A stretch of 63,702 bases of DNA, filler included, from Stramenopiles sp. TOSAG23-6 (lineage: Eukaryota): NCBI GenBank assembly GCA_900128565.1. It is 7 parts of 7 records of this genome, joined end to end, with 100 filler letters (N's around TTAATTAATTAA, not from the genome) between each part and the next. Parts side by side here need not be neighbours in the genome. Positions count along the whole stretch, not along the records: positions 54,720 to 63,702 come from LT636402.1; 6 more parts are not named here. One strand, given 5' to 3'. Numbering within the stretch: position 1 is the first letter of the stretch; the number at the start of each line of letters is the position of its first letter. The position numbers were made by a program, and so were the translations under genes. This document shows positions 61,613-63,702 of the stretch, in pieces. The notes below the pieces were generated by a model. It did not search any database. It saw only the letters and a program-made list of their open reading frames with translations, and was not told where the DNA came from.

Positions 61613-62837
61613 TCACTTATGTTCAACTAGAGTTACAATTTTTTGCACGATTTGTATAAATGGTTTTGCAGCAGGTCCTACGGGAGGCGAATCTTCATCC
61701 ATATCTTCCGAATCTTCATCCATATCTTCCGAACTTTTAACTTTTATTGCTTCATTCGTTATACCATAAGCTCTTCCGACTTCACAAGATTTCATAAGCC
61801 CAGGATATTTTGTGAAAGAATATTTCAAAAAAAAAAACTTAAATTTGTTAGGTACAAAATTTTCTATGGAAAAAAAATGAAATTAAAATTTGAAATGAAT
61901 GATGAAAACGTACATCAAGTGGAAGCGAGCCTAACAACGGAACTCTAAATTTATCAGCCATTGCACGAACTCCCCCATGTTTATCAACACCATGAAATAT
62001 TTCAGTACCTATAGTAGTTTCTAAGAGTAATGGACAAGATTTCTGCAATACTTCGAGTGCCATTTCTGTGCAATTTTCGCCAGTTGCTGAGAAAAAATTC
62101 ATCTTTTTTAAGGGAATTTTTAGNCCTGCCATATTTTCAATGATTCCTAAGATTGGTAGTTTTGTCTTTTTGCAAAAATTTAGTTCTTTTCTTACATCTG
62201 CCATTGCGACTTCTTGTGGTGTAGTAACAACAACTGCACCATCAACTCCAGTAGCAAGCAATACTTGTACTGCGGTGATATGTTCATCTGAAGTACCAGG
62301 TGGTGTATCAATAATTAAATAGTCTAAACTTCCCCAGTCAACGTCTGTTAAAAATTGTTTGATTAAGCCATTTTTACGAGGTCCGCGCCAGATAACAGGA
62401 GCATCACCTTCCGGTAGCATGAATCCAATAGACATTACAGCAAGATTATCTTCTACATACACTGGAGACCACCCTGAACCACTTTGATGAACTTCTTCTC
62501 CAACGAGACCAAGCATTTGAGGAACTGAAGGACCACAAATATCAATATCTAAGAGACCAACCTGTTTACCCATAGCAGCCAAGTGGAATGCCAATTGTGT
62601 TGATACTGTACTTTTTCCGACTCCACCCTTGCCAGAAAGAACTACAATTTTATGCTTCACTTGTGCCAGGCGCTCACGTGCACGGTTAAAAGCTGGATCT
62701 TCCTTCTGAGCCTCACCAGAGGCACAAAGGGCCTGGTTAGGGCAACCAGCACAAGAATCTGCTTTGCCAGCGGCATCCGACTTAGTCCCAACACATCCTG
62801 TGTTTGCATTATCTGGAACATCCAAAGATGAAGCCAT
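61613..62837 (-). CDS. NUBP1: Cytosolic Fe-S cluster assembly factor Nbp35/NUBP1, intron 61805-61913 (GT-AT)
   Basis: [59 protein letters not shown]. Confidence 0.93.
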
Positions 62838-63128
62838 TTCTTTCTATCACCTTTCTCTTGTAGACGACTTCGGGAACCTCCAGGGTGTAGTACCTTTGAT
62901 CTAGTTCGGACTGACCTGACAGGATTTCAAGAATCCTTGACTGACTTTTTCAAACCCTAACCCTAGCCAACCTAACCCTAGCCAATCAGCTGATAAATTT
63001 TTCAAATCGCTGCTGACCACCCATTTTTGACATTTTGCTATTATATAATTGTGTCGACTTTGCTCAAGCACCTCTTCATTTCCTCATAAAAAAAAGTTTG
63101 TAAAAAAGAAAACAAAAACTAAATAAAA

Positions 63129-63702
63129 ATGGAAGAAGATAAAGCAGCTCTCGTTGTCGATAATGGATCCGGTATGGTCAAAGCTGGTTTCTCTGGTGAT
63201 GATGCACCAAGATCAGTATTCCCATCCATTGTTGGTCGCCCAAAAGTGAAGTCTACTATGGTCGGAGGTGAAGACAAGGATCTTTTCGTCGGTGACGAAG
63301 CTCAATCCAAGCGTGGTATTCTCAAGCTTTCCTACCCAATCGCTCACGGTATTATTACCTCATGGGAAGACATGGAACGCATTTGGCATCACACTTACTA
63401 TAACGAACTTCGTATCGCACCAGAAGAACACGCTGTTATGCTCACTGAGGCTCCACTCAACCCAAAGACTAACCGCGAGCGCATGACCCAGATTCACTTC
63501 GAGACCTTCAACTGCCCTTCCATGTACGTTCAAATCCAAGCAGTTCTCTCTCTTTATGCATCTGGTCGTACCACTGGTTGTGTTCTTGACTCTGGTGATG
63601 GTGTATCCCACACTGTACCAATCTATGAAGGTTATGCTCTTCCTCACGCAATTAAGCGTCTCGATCTTGCTGGTCGTGANTTGACAGAGTTCATGATGAA
63701 GT
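63129..63702 (+). CDS. ACT: Actin (conventional), runs off the window
   Basis: [32 protein letters not shown]...[18 protein letters not shown]; strong C-ending codon bias. Confidence 0.95.
   Translation, partial: MEEDKAALVVDNGSGMVKAGFSGDDAPRSVFPSIVGRPKVKSTMVGGEDKDLFVGDEAQSKRGILKLSYPIAHGIITSWEDMERIWHHTYYNELRIAPEEHAVMLTEAPLNPKTNRERMTQIHFETFNCPSMYVQIQAVLSLYASGRTTGCVLDSGDGVSHTVPIYEGYALPHAIKRLDLAGRXLTEFMMK

Larger units (their letters stand above)
1..61913. mobile_element. Dispersed introner-like intron family (~50 copies, mostly 85-110 nt) with predominantly non-canonical termini
   Basis: Recurrent core TTTCGTACGAAATTTTGTACCTAAC with 5' RTAYGTTTT and 3' TTGAAATATTTTT..CAATAC-NN; removal restores conserved ORFs; copies that act as introns are sense to the host gene. 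Confidence 0.92.

Noticed and set aside
1-61913. Dispersed palindromic repeat read as CRISPR, REP or attC array
   Set aside because: Eukaryotic context, irregular spacing, 'spacers' are in-frame exons of conserved genes, and no cas or integrase genes
1-63702. Alternative genetic code or pseudogene decay as the cause of fragmented ORFs
   Set aside because: Intronless genes translate fully with the standard code, and the breaks coincide with the intron family

Overview
AT-rich, gene-dense eukaryotic nuclear DNA from a flagellated protist. It is probably a stramenopile, inferred from protein resemblance and from the presence of RSP3 and a TTLL gene. The window is seven unrelated ~9-kb contigs joined by artificial N-TTAATTAATTAA-N linkers and holds about 33 protein-coding genes. 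Main discovery: roughly 50 copies of a ~85-110 nt sequence-conserved intron family (RTAYGTTTT...TTTCGTACGAAATTTTGTACCTAAC...TTGAAATATTTTTYMCAATAC-NN) interrupt conserved genes in sense orientation. Restoring the reading frames needs mostly non-canonical ends: GT-AT dominates, and GT-TT, GT-GT, AT-AT, AT-AC and possibly GA-AT also occur, with only a few GT-AG. The copies often carry a 2-3 nt direct repeat and short terminal inverted repeats, and one paralog pair shows a filled versus empty site. This looks like an introner invasion coupled to a spliceosome with a relaxed, U12-reminiscent 3' splice-site rule. Other highlights: a tandem Z-alpha domain protein head-to-head with an LRR receptor-like gene, a head-to-head Nup54/Nup58 pair, a ~1-kb MITE-like element, and a giant EGF/Cys-rich/PDZ/WW/PA protein.
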